From Psilocybe cubensis (Eukaryota), in the NCBI GenBank assembly GCA_017499595.2, contig CM038999.1, positions 1 through 64,000 on the forward strand: a stretch of 64,000 nt of DNA. The letters run 5' to 3'. How positions within the stretch are numbered: the first letter of the stretch is position 1; each line of letters opens with the position of its first letter. Under the pieces are notes generated by a model, which searched no databases, was not told where the DNA came from, and saw only the letters and a program-made list of their open reading frames with translations. The position numbers and the translations under genes were made by a program. Shown here in pieces: positions 9,901-21,200 of the stretch.

Positions 9901-10516
9901 TAAGAAGAATATACAAGAACGTTGGGAAAAGCGATTCGCTTTACGAGTCGCAGAGCACGACGAATCCATTCTTGTACTTAAAACCAGATTTGATCAGGTA
10001 TGGAATTGGTTTTCAGCTGCTGAACTTGGAAAAACTGTTACCGAGTACTGGTCGGCATGGTATGAACATGCCGAGAAAGGTTTGTATAGTGCAGACTCGT
10101 CCAGACCCCTTATCAAACCAGATCCAAATTACGTTCACGACCTCGATGATGTTCGCCCGGAGCTGTTCACACAGATCCTCGTGGACGGAGAAACTGAGTT
10201 CGTACCGGATTTGAGGAAGATAGGACTACTCGGAAGTCGTTGGATAGTATCGCGAAAACGCAATACTAATCTTTTCGACCTTGCAAATGTGTGGAAGAAA
10301 ACAGTCTTTCGTAAACTGGATGAAGACATCGCTGAAAAAGGTGGTGTTGTTCCCGAAACTCAAAACGTTAATGAAACTTATCATTCTGCTTTAGTTGAAG
10401 CTGCTGAACAGATAAGTATCGAAAGTGATAACGAGATAATACTTCATAGACGTTCAATCTCACAAGAGAGGGAACATCCAGAATTCGGCAGAATATCCAA
10501 ATCTTACAACCGATGA
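6986..10516 (+). CDS. Penelope-like RT polyprotein, 1176 aa; no GIY-YIG endonuclease recognisable
   Basis: RT motifs IPKIHK..FRPII, FVTGDVVAFYPNI, QKNGLAMG, GRYIDD, FLD; PLE-type thumb region (SHHP..VKRG..GELSR). Confidence 0.95.
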   Translation: MSSTYSAAFSRAMSPTLDALTQAVVNNTVFGVNDEAGRHNALIDELATVVIKKIAECRSIDQIVDCVFFDYRAALREFLLNLASWCDKRETVKASLERLELAVSAGNTPNRLRVKAPEFQLTKEFADAGSAEALRVSSTFSTARDVFQKAINDGAIQAKKDELAFWDDKCALNNCYEAAALIVKTTYDDRKSSYKLPVFSTDNKGVRRITDWVVSPQKKAECSALQTILPAIFSHIKQIVNLRHRALAIKIEKKRSTAATADVEMADATKPGPSIQSLIDKGLNARLKKLNLGSVGKKASSRNPSPIILDTNYYSNYPDFVWPEFVQGSSTSGQESWPFEIQTLVDAFAEEAPNQGFQQGRQQEEREGESSRQERSKGKGKGKSLDARSNVVPFTSVRPAFPNSIPDDILTMTKTDAVSFVHLHTPISFLLAGQYRSSVHCSPGVVVPVDIANDLSLGLNYMFFTLPSQSLIMQAWNDFQRRIRWRIYFLFKEGMNKPFDPDYGVSSKKKEKPPVLPQYMELGLSMGRRYVQRTIASIPEEALTEMRKHAFSPKRDKIRKFLIDNNYVITMTDKNLGLAVSERDWILRNELNLLEDERNYEELEFEVAQEVMKSKMIQMQTLARTVEDEHLFLFELGLSRFFLSNVPEDGSSFKYPQFHGIPKIHKKPTGFRPIIPCHSVVFNPAAKFVSKELKPIIKSTPSIIHGTKDLFTRLSQLRIDPKRQWYFVTGDVVAFYPNIPLDLCIEIVCNMYEEWLLNASEENTALAHINPNSLENNLVKLGIFKRAIEIGNTQLITQHGSRYFRQKNGLAMGVADSPDLANLFGAHFEIKSKILDHPNVAFYGRYIDDCFAIVYAESEALALNLIKETIKFDGCVIEWAVSSSGCQFLDAFIFKESGKLHWKPFVKTGNNRERVPWVSHHPLDVKRGVYIGELSRLAVLCSTKEIYIGAIRDLNALYLMRGYPENLVMSWCKKNIQERWEKRFALRVAEHDESILVLKTRFDQVWNWFSAAELGKTVTEYWSAWYEHAEKGLYSADSSRPLIKPDPNYVHDLDDVRPELFTQILVDGETEFVPDLRKIGLLGSRWIVSRKRNTNLFDLANVWKKTVFRKLDEDIAEKGGVVPETQNVNETYHSALVEAAEQISIESDNEIILHRRSISQEREHPEFGRISKSYNR
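7880..7940 (+). other. Putative 61-nt GC-AG spliceosomal intron inside the RT ORF (present in all six units)
   Basis: AAG|GCAAGT donor, TACTAAT/TTCTAAT branch candidates, CCCAG| acceptor. Removal opens a Lys-rich frame ending at TAG 8141. Confidence 0.65.
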
Positions 10517-11225
10517 AAAGAATACTAGCGCGTAAGGCGTAAAGCATTAGAAAAAAACCCTAACCGTAAGTATTCCTTGCTACAAAGTAACAAACATCTA
10601 CTTACAAGCAACACATTGGATTAAATAGCTAAACCTAAACCTAAACCCTAAACCCTAAACCCTAAGCCCTAACCTAACCCCAACCCTAAGCTAACTAAGT
10701 CTAACCTTAGTAGGAAGTAAGGTAGGCGTGTGAACTTCCGAAAGGCATGTGATTGTGAAGGGCCGGATCTAATTTAGTACATGGGAAAAGTTACTTAGTA
10801 CCTCGGGAAAAGTTCCTTAGTACCGTGGAAACATTTTTGATGGACCGGATCATGAACTGTCCAATTAAGATTCACAACAATCAATCAATTGATTATTAGG
10901 TAAGGACCCAGGTAAGCTATTTATACTCTTGACATGAGAATATTCCCATGTCACGGTTACTCGGAGCCACGTAACCAGAGTATTTTATATCCATGTGATT
11001 CACATCACAGTCAATAACCCACGATGTCAAAGAACAAAAGTGTTGGATCCACTTTTGACAGGTTACCATGTGCCACATCGACCCGTGACACTCTGTTCAT
11101 CAGAGATCTGTCTAACTTGACAATAAACATTGACAGATTTGTGATAGTCGGTAAGATACATGACAGCTGCGCAGCATCACTTCACGCGCTGTCATCGGAT
11201 GTTCCAGAACATTCCTTCTAAGAAT

Positions 11226-11289
11226 AGCCACTGAAGAGTCTATAAAGACGAAAGGGCTGGCTGCTGATAACAATCAACAGCCCTCTGGC
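11226..11289 (+). ncRNA. Hammerhead ribozyme (intact, haplotype B), 3' pLTR of unit 2
   Basis: Core and proximal stems identical to 708-772; this is the empty site corresponding to intron 5945-6873. Confidence 0.88.
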
Positions 11290-11963
11290 CTTCTTTCCAT
11301 TTAACTCACAGTTTAAACAAGTCGCTCGCACCTCGCTTCGCTCGGTGCTCGCTCCCCCCCTAAACCTAAACCTAAACCCTAAACCCTAAACCCTAAACCC
11401 TAACCTAACCCCAACCCTAAGCTAACTAAGTCTAACCTTAGTAGGAAGTAAGGTAGGCGTGTGAACTTCCGAACGGCATGTGATTGTGAAGGGCCGGATC
11501 TAATTTAGTACATGGGAAAAGTTACTTAGTACTTCGGGAAAAGTTCCTTAGTACCGTGGAAACATTTTTGATGGACCGGATCATGAACTGTCCAATTAAG
11601 ATTCACAACAATCAATCATTCTATTGTTTGATTGTTAGGTAAGGACCCAGGTAAGCTATTTATACTCTAGACATGTGAATATTCCCATGTCGCGGTTACT
11701 CGGAGCCACGTAACCAGAGTAATCTATATCCATGTGATTCACATCACAGTCAATAACCCACGATGTCAAAGAACAAAAGTGTTGGATCCACTTTTGACAG
11801 GTTACCATGTGCCACATCGACCCGTGACACTCTGTTCATCAGAGACCTGTCTAACTTGACAATAAACATTGACAGATTTGTGATAGTCGGTAAGATACAT
11901 GACAGCTGCGCAGCATCACTTCACGCGCTGTCATCGGATGTCTAGAACATTCCTTCTAAGAAT

Positions 11964-12027
11964 AGCCACTGAAGAGTCTATAAAGACGAAAGGGCTGGTT
12001 GTTGGGATCCCCCAACAGCCCTCTGGC
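11964..12027 (+). ncRNA. Hammerhead ribozyme (intact), 5' pLTR of unit 3
   Basis: Same motif. Confidence 0.88.
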
Positions 12028-12136
12028 CTTCTTTCTATTTCAAACTCACAGTTTAAACTAGTCGCTCGCACCTCGCTTCGCTCGGTGCTCGCTCCCCCCC
12101 TAAACCCAACGACTTTGCTATCACCCATCAGTTACC

Positions 12137-15100
12137 ATGTCATCCCAATACTCTGCTGCATTCTCTCGTGCCATGTCCCCTACCCTGGACGCACTCACCC
12201 AGGCCGTCGTCAACAACACTGTCTTCGGCGTCAACGATGAAGCAGGCCGCCATAACGCTCTTATCGACGAGCTGGCCACTGTGGTCATCAAAAAAATAGC
12301 TGAGTGCCGCTCCGTTGACCAAGTCATAGACTGCGTCTTTTTTGACTATCGTGCTGCCCTCAGGGAGTTTCTCCTCAACCTCGCATCGTGGTGCGACAAG
12401 AGGGAAACAGTCAAGGCTAGCCTCGAGCGCCTTGAATCTGCCGTTAGCGCAGGCAACACGCCCAATCGCCTTAAGGTGAAGGCACCCGAGTTCCAACTTA
12501 CGAAGGAATTCGCGGATGCCGGGTCAGCGGAGGCTCTTCGAGTCTCCACTACGTTCTCTTCCGCTCGTGATGCCTTCCAAAAGGCAATTAACGACGGCGC
12601 CGTTCAGGCGAAAAAGGACGAGCTGGCTTTTTGGGATGATAAATGCGCGCTCAACTCTTGCTACGAAGCTGCTGCCCTCATCGTTAAGGCAACTTACGAT
12701 GATCGCAAATCCAGCTACAAGCTCCCTGTTTTCTCTACAGACAACAAGGGAGTTCGACGTATAGCAGAGTGGGTAGTGTCTCCGCAAAAGAAAGCCGAAT
12801 GCAGTGCGCTGCAAACTATACTGCCGGCGATCTTTTCTCATATCAAACAGATTGTCAACATGCGCCACCGCGCCTTGGCAATTAAGATTGAGAAAAAGCG
12901 GACGACTGCGGCAACAGCCGATGTCGAGATGGCCGATGCGACCAAACCAGGTCCATCGATTCAATCCCTTATTGATAAGGGCTTGAATGCACGTCTCAAA
13001 AAGCTCAACCTTGGATCGGTGGGCAAGAAGGCAAGTTTTCGTAACCCTTCACCCATAATTCTGGACACTAATTATTACTCTAATTACCCAGACTTTGTCT
13101 GGCCAGAATTCGTCCAAGGCTCCTCAACCTCAGGCCAGGAAAGCTGGCCCTTCGAAACCCAAGTCGTCGTCGACGCCTTCGCAGAGGAAGCCTCAAACCA
13201 AGGCTTCCAACAAGGTCGACAACAAGAAGAAAGGGAAGGGGAGAGCTCCCGTCAAGAACAACGATCCAAAGGGAAAGGGAAAGGCAAGAGCCTAGACGCG
13301 CGGTCTACTGTAGCATCATTTACGTCGGTGAGACCCGCCTTCCCCAACTCTATTCCTGACGATATACTCACCATGACTAAAACAGACGCAGTTTCTTTTG
13401 TACACCTCAATACCCCGATTTCATTCTTATTGGCTGGCCAGTATAGATCTAGTGTACACTGTAGTCCTGGTGTTTCGGTCCCTGTTGATGTAGCAAATGA
13501 TTTATCTCTTGGACTCAATTATATGTTTTTTACACTGCCTTCTAAAAATCTGATCATGCAAGCATGGAATGATTTTCAACGAAGAATAAGATGGCGTATC
13601 TATTTTTTGTTTAAAGAAGGCATGAATAAACCTTTCGATCCAGACTATGGAGTAAGCTCTAAAAAGAAAGAGAAACCTCCAATGTTACCGCAATTTATGG
13701 AACTTGGCCTTTCAATGGGACGTCGGTACGTTATTAAAACGATCGCAAGTATCCCGGAAGAAGCCCTTAAAGAGATGCGAAAGCACGCGTTCTCTCCTAA
13801 AAGGGACAAGATCCAAAAGTTTCTTTTCGATAACAACTATGTTATTACGATGACAGATAAGAATCTTGGCCTCGCGGTGTCTGAACGCGACTGGATATTA
13901 AGGAATGAGCTCAATCTTCTTGAAGATGAACGCAACTACGAAGAGTTAGAATTCGAAGTTGCGCAAGAAGTTATGAAGAGCAAAATGATTCAGATGCAAA
14001 CTCTCGCACGTACCGTCGAAGATGAACATCTGTTTCTATTTGAACTTGGGTTGTCTCGATTCTTTCTATCGAATGTACCGGAAGATGGATCATCGTTCAA
14101 GTATCCTCAATTTCATGGTATACCTAAAATCCACAAGAAACCTACTGGATTTAGGCCCATAATTCCGTGTCACTCTGTAGTATTTAATCCTGCAGCCAAG
14201 TTTGTATCAAAAGAGCTTAAGCCGATTATTAAATCGACTCCTTCAATCATTCACGGAACGAAGGATCTCTTTACGAGATTAAGCCAATTGCGTATAGACC
14301 CCAAACGACAATGGTATTTTGTCACCGGGGATGTAGTTGCTTTCTATCCCAATATTCCGTTGGACTTGTGCATCGAAATCGTTTGTAATATGTACGAGGA
14401 ATGGTTACTCAACGCTTCGGAAGAGAACACTGCATTAGCCCATATTAATCCAAATTCGTTAGAGAATAACTTGGTTAAATTGGGCATCTTTAAACGTGCT
14501 ATCGAGATTGGCAATACGCAATTGATAACACAACATGGGTCTAGATATTTTAGACAAAAAAATGGCCTCGCAATGGGCGTCGCGGATTCTCCGGACCTTG
14601 CTAACCTCTTTGGAGCCCATTTTGAAATAAAGTCAAAAATCTTAGACCACCCAAACGTGGCCTTCTATGGAAGGTACATCGACGATTGTTTCGCAATTGT
14701 TTACGCCGAGTCCGAAGCACTTGCACTTAATCTTATTAAAGAAACAATAAAGTTCGATGGTTGTGTTATCGAATGGGCTGTTTCCTCGTCGGGATGTCAA
14801 TTTCTCGATGCTTTCATATTCAAGGAGTCTGGAAAACTTCATTGGAAGCCATTTGTCAAGACAGGAAACAACCGAGAACGAGTTCCATGGGTATCACATC
14901 ATCCTTTGGACGTCAAACGTGGCGTCTACATTGGAGAGTTATCCAGGTTAGCCGTGCTATGTAGTACCAAGGAAATCTACATCGGAGCAATTAGAGACCT
15001 TAACGCTCTCTATTTGATGCGCGGTTATCCCGAAAACCTAGTCATGTCTTGGTGTAAGAAGAATATACAAGAACGTTGGGAAAAGCGATTCGCTTTACGA

Positions 15101-15670
15101 GTCGCAGAGCACGACGAATCCATTCTTGTACTTAAAACCAGATTTGATCAGGTATGGAATTGGTTTTCAGCTGCTGAACTTGGAAAGACTGTTACCGAGT
15201 ACTGGTCGGCATGGTATGAACATGCCGAGAAAGGTTTGTATAGTGCAGACTCGTCCAGACCCCTTATCAAACCAGATCCAAATTACGTTCACGACCTCGA
15301 TGATGTTCGCCCGGAGTTGTTCACACAGATCCTCGTGGACGGAGAAACTGAGTTCGTACCGGATTTGAGGAAGATAGGACTACTCGGAAGTCGTTGGATA
15401 GTATCGCGAAAACGCAATACTAATCTTTTCGACCTTGCAAATGTGTGGAAGAAAACAGTCTTTCGTAAACTGGATGAAAACATCGCTGAAAAAGGTGGTG
15501 TTGTTCCCGAAACTCAAAACGTTAATGAAACTTATCATTCTGCTTTAGTTGAAGCTGCTGAACAGATAAGTATCGAAAGTGATAACGAGATAATACTTCA
15601 TAGACGTTCAATCTCACAAGAGAGGGAACATCCAGAATTCGGCAGAATATCCAAATCTTACAACCGATGA
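12137..15670 (+). CDS. Penelope-like RT polyprotein, 1177 aa
   Basis: Intact ORF with the same RT motifs. Confidence 0.95.
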   Translation: MSSQYSAAFSRAMSPTLDALTQAVVNNTVFGVNDEAGRHNALIDELATVVIKKIAECRSVDQVIDCVFFDYRAALREFLLNLASWCDKRETVKASLERLESAVSAGNTPNRLKVKAPEFQLTKEFADAGSAEALRVSTTFSSARDAFQKAINDGAVQAKKDELAFWDDKCALNSCYEAAALIVKATYDDRKSSYKLPVFSTDNKGVRRIAEWVVSPQKKAECSALQTILPAIFSHIKQIVNMRHRALAIKIEKKRTTAATADVEMADATKPGPSIQSLIDKGLNARLKKLNLGSVGKKASFRNPSPIILDTNYYSNYPDFVWPEFVQGSSTSGQESWPFETQVVVDAFAEEASNQGFQQGRQQEEREGESSRQEQRSKGKGKGKSLDARSTVASFTSVRPAFPNSIPDDILTMTKTDAVSFVHLNTPISFLLAGQYRSSVHCSPGVSVPVDVANDLSLGLNYMFFTLPSKNLIMQAWNDFQRRIRWRIYFLFKEGMNKPFDPDYGVSSKKKEKPPMLPQFMELGLSMGRRYVIKTIASIPEEALKEMRKHAFSPKRDKIQKFLFDNNYVITMTDKNLGLAVSERDWILRNELNLLEDERNYEELEFEVAQEVMKSKMIQMQTLARTVEDEHLFLFELGLSRFFLSNVPEDGSSFKYPQFHGIPKIHKKPTGFRPIIPCHSVVFNPAAKFVSKELKPIIKSTPSIIHGTKDLFTRLSQLRIDPKRQWYFVTGDVVAFYPNIPLDLCIEIVCNMYEEWLLNASEENTALAHINPNSLENNLVKLGIFKRAIEIGNTQLITQHGSRYFRQKNGLAMGVADSPDLANLFGAHFEIKSKILDHPNVAFYGRYIDDCFAIVYAESEALALNLIKETIKFDGCVIEWAVSSSGCQFLDAFIFKESGKLHWKPFVKTGNNRERVPWVSHHPLDVKRGVYIGELSRLAVLCSTKEIYIGAIRDLNALYLMRGYPENLVMSWCKKNIQERWEKRFALRVAEHDESILVLKTRFDQVWNWFSAAELGKTVTEYWSAWYEHAEKGLYSADSSRPLIKPDPNYVHDLDDVRPELFTQILVDGETEFVPDLRKIGLLGSRWIVSRKRNTNLFDLANVWKKTVFRKLDENIAEKGGVVPETQNVNETYHSALVEAAEQISIESDNEIILHRRSISQEREHPEFGRISKSYNR

Positions 15671-16386
15671 AAAGAATACTAGCGCGTAAGGCGTAAAGCA
15701 TTAGAAAAAAACCCTAACCGTAAGTATTCCTTGCTACAAAGTAACAAACATCTACTTACAAGCAACACATTGGATTAAATAGCTAAACCTAAACCTAAAC
15801 CCTAAACCCTAAACCCTAAACCCTAACCTAACCCCAACCCTAAGCTAACTAAGTCTAACCTTAGTAGGAAGTAAGGTAGGCGTGTGAACTTCCGAACGGC
15901 ATGTGATTGTGAAGGGCCGGATCTAATTTAGTACATGGGAAAAGTTACTTAGTACTTCGGGAAAAGTTCCTTAGTACCGTGGAAACATTTTTGATGGACC
16001 GGATCATGAACTGTCCAATTAAGATTCACAACAATCAATCATTCTATTGTTTGATTGTTAGGTAAGGACCCAGGTAAGCTATTTATACTCTAGACATGTG
16101 AATATTCCCATGTCGCGGTTACTCGGAGCCACGTAACCAGAGTAATCTATATCCATGTGATTCACATCACAGTCAATAACCCACGATGTCAAAGAACAAA
16201 AGTGTTGGATCCACTTTTGACAGGTTACCATGTGCCACATCGACCCGTGACACTCTGTTCATCAGAGACCTGTCTAACTTGACAATAAACATTGACAGAT
16301 TTGTGATAGTCGGTAAGATACATGACAGCTGCGCAGCATCACTTCACGCGCTGTCATCGGATGTCTAGAACATTCCTTCTAAGAAT

Positions 16387-16450
16387 AGCCACTGAAGAGT
16401 CTATAAAGACGAAAGGGCTGGTTGTTGGGATCCCCCAACAGCCCTCTGGC
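16387..16450 (+). ncRNA. Hammerhead ribozyme (intact), 3' pLTR of unit 3
   Basis: Same motif. Confidence 0.88.
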
Positions 16451-17198
16451 CTTCTTTCTATTTCAAACTCACAGTTTAAACTAGTCGCTCGCACCTCGCT
16501 TCGCTCGGTGCTCGCTCCCCCCCTAAACCCTAAACCCTAACCCTAAACCTAAACCTAAACCCTAAACCCTAAACCCTAAGCCCTAACCTAACCCCAACCC
16601 TAAGCTAACTAAGTCTAACCTTAGTAGGAAGTAAGGTAGGCGTGTGAACTTCCGAAAGGCATGTGATTGTGAAGGGCCGGATCTAATTTAGTACATGGGA
16701 AAAGTTACTTAGTACCTCGGGAAAAGTTCCTTAGTACCGTGGAAACATTTTTGATGGACCGGATCATGAACTGTCCAATTAAGATTCACAACAATCAATC
16801 AATTGATTGTTAGGTAAGGACCCAGGTAAGCTATTTATACTCTTGACATGAGAATATTCCCATGTCACGGTTACTCGGAGCCACGTAACCAGAGTATTTT
16901 ATATCCATGTGATTCACATCACAGTCAATAACCCACGATGTCAAAGAACAAAAGTGTTGGATCCACTTTTGACAGGTTACCATGTGCCACATCGACCCGT
17001 GACACTCTGTTCATCAGAGATCTGTCTAACTTGACAATAAACATTGACAGATTTGTGATAGTCGGTAAGATACATGACAGCTGCGCAGCATCACTTCACG
17101 CGCTGTCATCGGATGTTCCAGAACATTCCTTCTAAGAATAGCCACTGAAGAGTCTATAAAGACGAAAGGGCTGGCTGCTGATAACAATCAACAGCCCT

Positions 17199-18127
17199 CA
17201 AGTACTCGTCCTCTCCCAAACTCCTGCCGCTTGTGCCTTCCCAACTCATCCGGGAGCCCTTTCGTCACTGATCTTGCCCTTGACTCGGGGACGTTTCATC
17301 GACATGTTGGCTGCCTCACGGCAAGCGGGGCCCTTTTTCTTTCACTCGCTCACGCCTTCTATGTTGGGTTACGGAGGTCATACAAACTCGTTTTAGTCTA
17401 GCTGCGGGGATATCCAGCTATGATGACTTTGTAATTCGAGGGCGCGCAGTTCTTCAATGGGTATGGACATCAGGTGAGAGTACACTGGGGGTTGTCAGGA
17501 CCAGCTCTGCTGGATACGCTCCTGGCAAGTCGGTTGCAGCCGGCGACACTACCGAATTGCTGGGACGTCCTAAAGCTTGTGGGTACCGCCGACCGCTGGA
17601 AACAGCCTAGGCACCGGTGGCGACCGGGTATGGTAACAATCCCCAAGATTCAGCGAAAGCTGGAATGGATAATCAGCAGCGAATCCGTAACGGTCACGCC
17701 GACGGAAGCGTTCAACGACTAGGTGGTAGTGGGGTCTTCGGATCTTAAGATATAGTCTTGGGAGTGGGGAAACCCACATCTGGTATCTAAACCGCGCCTC
17801 GCTGCTTACGAGGACGGCCCGAAGTCCAGAACCGCTTAAAACGCGGGTGACCCGGCCTCCCCTTAGTAAAGGGAGTTAACACAAGGATGGACAAATAGTT
17901 CGTCGCCGGAAATGAACCTGTGGCTGTAATGGCTGATGTGGCGCCCCTTGGTAAAGGGCTTAAAGGGTATTAGCCTGCCATGTCCAATGGCATGAGAGTG
18001 TCCCTTGGTAAAGGACTTAATAGGCAATAGCCTGCTCTTTTGTCATGAGCGGTATGTAGTGATCGTTTGCCTGTACGGTAGCGCCCATTGCTTGCACTGG
18101 TCCACGCCCGTAAAAAATCACGAGCCG
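17199..18127 (+). ncRNA. Group I intron copy 2 (929 nt) in the hammerhead cleavage triplet
   Basis: Near-identical to 5945-6873 with the same junctions. Confidence 0.92.
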
Positions 18128-18239
18128 CTGGCCTTCTTTCCATTTAACTCACAGTTTAAACAAGTCGCTCGCACCTCGCTTCGCTCGGTGCTCGCTCCCC
18201 CCCTAAACCCAACGACTTTGCTATTACCCAACAGCTACT

Positions 18240-21200
18240 ATGTCTTCCACTTACTCTGCTGCCTTCTCTCGTGCCATGTCCCCCACCCTGGACGCACTCA
18301 CCCAGGCTGTCGTCAACAACACAGTTTTTGGCGTCAACGACGAAGCTGGCCGCCACAACGCCCTCATCGACGAGTTGGCCACTGTCGTCATCAAGAAAAT
18401 AGCTGAGTGCCGCTCCATTGACCAGATTGTAGACTGCGTCTTTTTTGACTATCGTGCTGCCCTTAGGGAGTTTCTCCTCAACCTCGCATCGTGGTGCGAT
18501 AAGAGGGAAACAGTCAAGGCTAGCCTCGAGCGCCTTGAACTTGCCGTTAGCGCAGGCAACACCCCCAATCGCCTTCGGGTGAAGGCTCCCGAGTTCCAAC
18601 TTACGAAGGAATTCGCGGATGCCGGGTCAGCGGAAGCTCTTCGAGTTTCCTCTACGTTCTCCACCGCTCGTGATGTCTTCCAAAAGGCAATCAACGACGG
18701 CGCCATTCAGGCGAAAAAGGACGAACTGGCCTTTTGGGATGATAAATGCGCACTCAATAACTGTTATGAAGCTGCTGCCCTCATCGTTAAGACAACTTAC
18801 GATGATCGCAAATCCAGCTATAAGCTCCCCGTTTTCTCTACAGACAACAAGGGAGTTCGTCGAATAACAGATTGGGTAGTGTCACCGCAGAAGAAGGCTG
18901 AATGCAGCGCATTGCAAACCATTTTGCCAGCCATCTTCTCTCATATCAAACAGATTGTCAACTTGCGCCACCGCGCTTTGGCAATCAAGATTGAGAAAAA
19001 GCGGTCGACTGCGGCAACAGCCGATGTCGAGATGGCCGATGCGACCAAACCAGGTCCATCGATTCAATCCCTTATTGATAAGGGCTTGAATGCACGTCTC
19101 AAGAAGCTCAACCTTGGATCTGTGGGCAAGAAGGCAAGTTCTCGTAACCCTTCACCCATAATTCTGGATACTAATTACTATTCTAATTACCCAGACTTTG
19201 TCTGGCCAGAATTCGTCCAAGGCTCCTCAACCTCAGGCCAAGAAAGCTGGCCCTTCGAAATTCAAACCCTCGTCGACGCCTTCGCAGAAGAAGCCCCAAA
19301 CCAAGGCTTCCAACAAGGTCGACAACAAGAAGAAAGGGAAGGGGAGAGCTCCCGTCAAGAACGATCCAAAGGGAAAGGGAAAGGCAAGAGCCTAGACGCG
19401 CGGTCTAATGTAGTACCTTTTACGTCGGTAAGACCCGCCTTCCCCAACTCTATTCCTGACGATATACTCACCATGACTAAAACAGACGCAGTTTCTTTTG
19501 TACACTTACATACGCCGATCTCATTCTTGTTGGCTGGCCAGTATCGTAGTAGTGTACACTGTAGTCCTGGTGTGGTGGTCCCTGTAGATATAGCAAATGA
19601 TTTGTCACTCGGACTCAATTATATGTTTTTTACTCTACCTTCTCAAAGTCTGATCATGCAAGCATGGAATGATTTTCAACGAAGAATAAGATGGCGTATC
19701 TATTTTTTGTTTAAGGAAGGCATGAACAAACCTTTTGATCCAGATTACGGAGTAAGCTCAAAAAAGAAAGAGAAACCTCCAGTATTACCGCAATACATGG
19801 AACTTGGCCTTTCGATGGGACGTCGGTACGTGCAACGCACGATCGCAAGTATCCCGGAAGAAGCCCTTACGGAGATGCGAAAGCACGCGTTCTCTCCTAA
19901 AAGGGACAAGATCCGTAAGTTTCTTATCGATAACAACTATGTTATTACGATGACAGATAAGAATCTTGGCCTCGCGGTGTCTGAACGCGACTGGATATTA
20001 AGGAATGAGCTCAATCTTCTTGAAGATGAACGTAACTATGAAGAGTTAGAATTCGAAGTTGCGCAAGAAGTAATGAAGAGCAAAATGATCCAGATGCAAA
20101 CTCTTGCACGTACCGTCGAAGATGAACATCTGTTTCTATTTGAACTTGGGTTGTCTCGATTCTTTCTATCGAATGTACCGGAAGACGGATCATCGTTCAA
20201 GTATCCTCAATTTCATGGTATACCTAAAATCCACAAAAAACCTACTGGATTTAGGCCCATAATTCCGTGTCACTCTGTAGTATTTAATCCTGCAGCCAAG
20301 TTTGTATCAAAAGAGCTTAAGCCGATTATTAAATCGACTCCTTCAATCATTCACGGAACGAAGGATCTCTTTACGAGATTAAGCCAATTGCGTATAGACC
20401 CCAAACGACAATGGTATTTTGTCACCGGGGATGTAGTTGCTTTCTATCCCAATATTCCGTTGGACTTGTGCATCGAAATCGTTTGTAATATGTACGAGGA
20501 ATGGTTACTCAACGCTTCGGAAGAAAACACTGCATTAGCCCATATTAATCCAAATTCGTTAGAGAATAACTTGGTTAAATTGGGCATCTTTAAACGTGCT
20601 ATCGAGATTGGCAATACGCAATTGATAACACAACATGGGTCTAGATATTTTAGACAAAAAAATGGCCTCGCAATGGGCGTCGCGGATTCTCCGGACCTTG
20701 CTAACCTCTTTGGAGCCCATTTTGAAATAAAGTCAAAAATCTTAGACCACCCAAACGTGGCCTTCTATGGAAGGTACATCGACGATTGTTTCGCAATTGT
20801 TTACGCCGAGTCCGAAGCACTTGCACTTAATCTTATTAAAGAAACAATAAAGTTCGATGGTTGTGTTATCGAATGGGCTGTTTCCTCGTCGGGATGTCAA
20901 TTTCTCGATGCTTTCATATTCAAGGAGTCTGGAAAACTTCATTGGAAGCCATTTGTCAAGACAGGAAACAACCGAGAACGAGTTCCATGGGTATCACATC
21001 ATCCTTTGGACGTCAAACGTGGCGTCTACATTGGAGAGTTATCCAGGTTAGCCGTGCTATGTAGTACCAAGGAAATCTACATCGGAGCAATTAGAGACCT
21101 TAACGCTCTCTATTTGATGCGCGGTTATCCCGAAAACCTAGTCATGTCTTGGTGTAAGAAGAATATACAAGAACGTTGGGAAAAGCGATTCGCTTTACGA

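Larger units (their letters stand above)
5344..11365 (+). mobile_element. Penelope-like retroelement unit 2 (5' pLTR contains the group I intron; 3' pLTR lacks it)
   Basis: pLTR haplotype B (GCTGCTGATAACAATC in stem III) at both ends; intact ORF. Confidence 0.92.
11366..16530 (+). mobile_element. Penelope-like retroelement unit 3 (no group I intron)
   Basis: pLTR-ORF-pLTR bounded by telomeric spacers. Confidence 0.92.
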
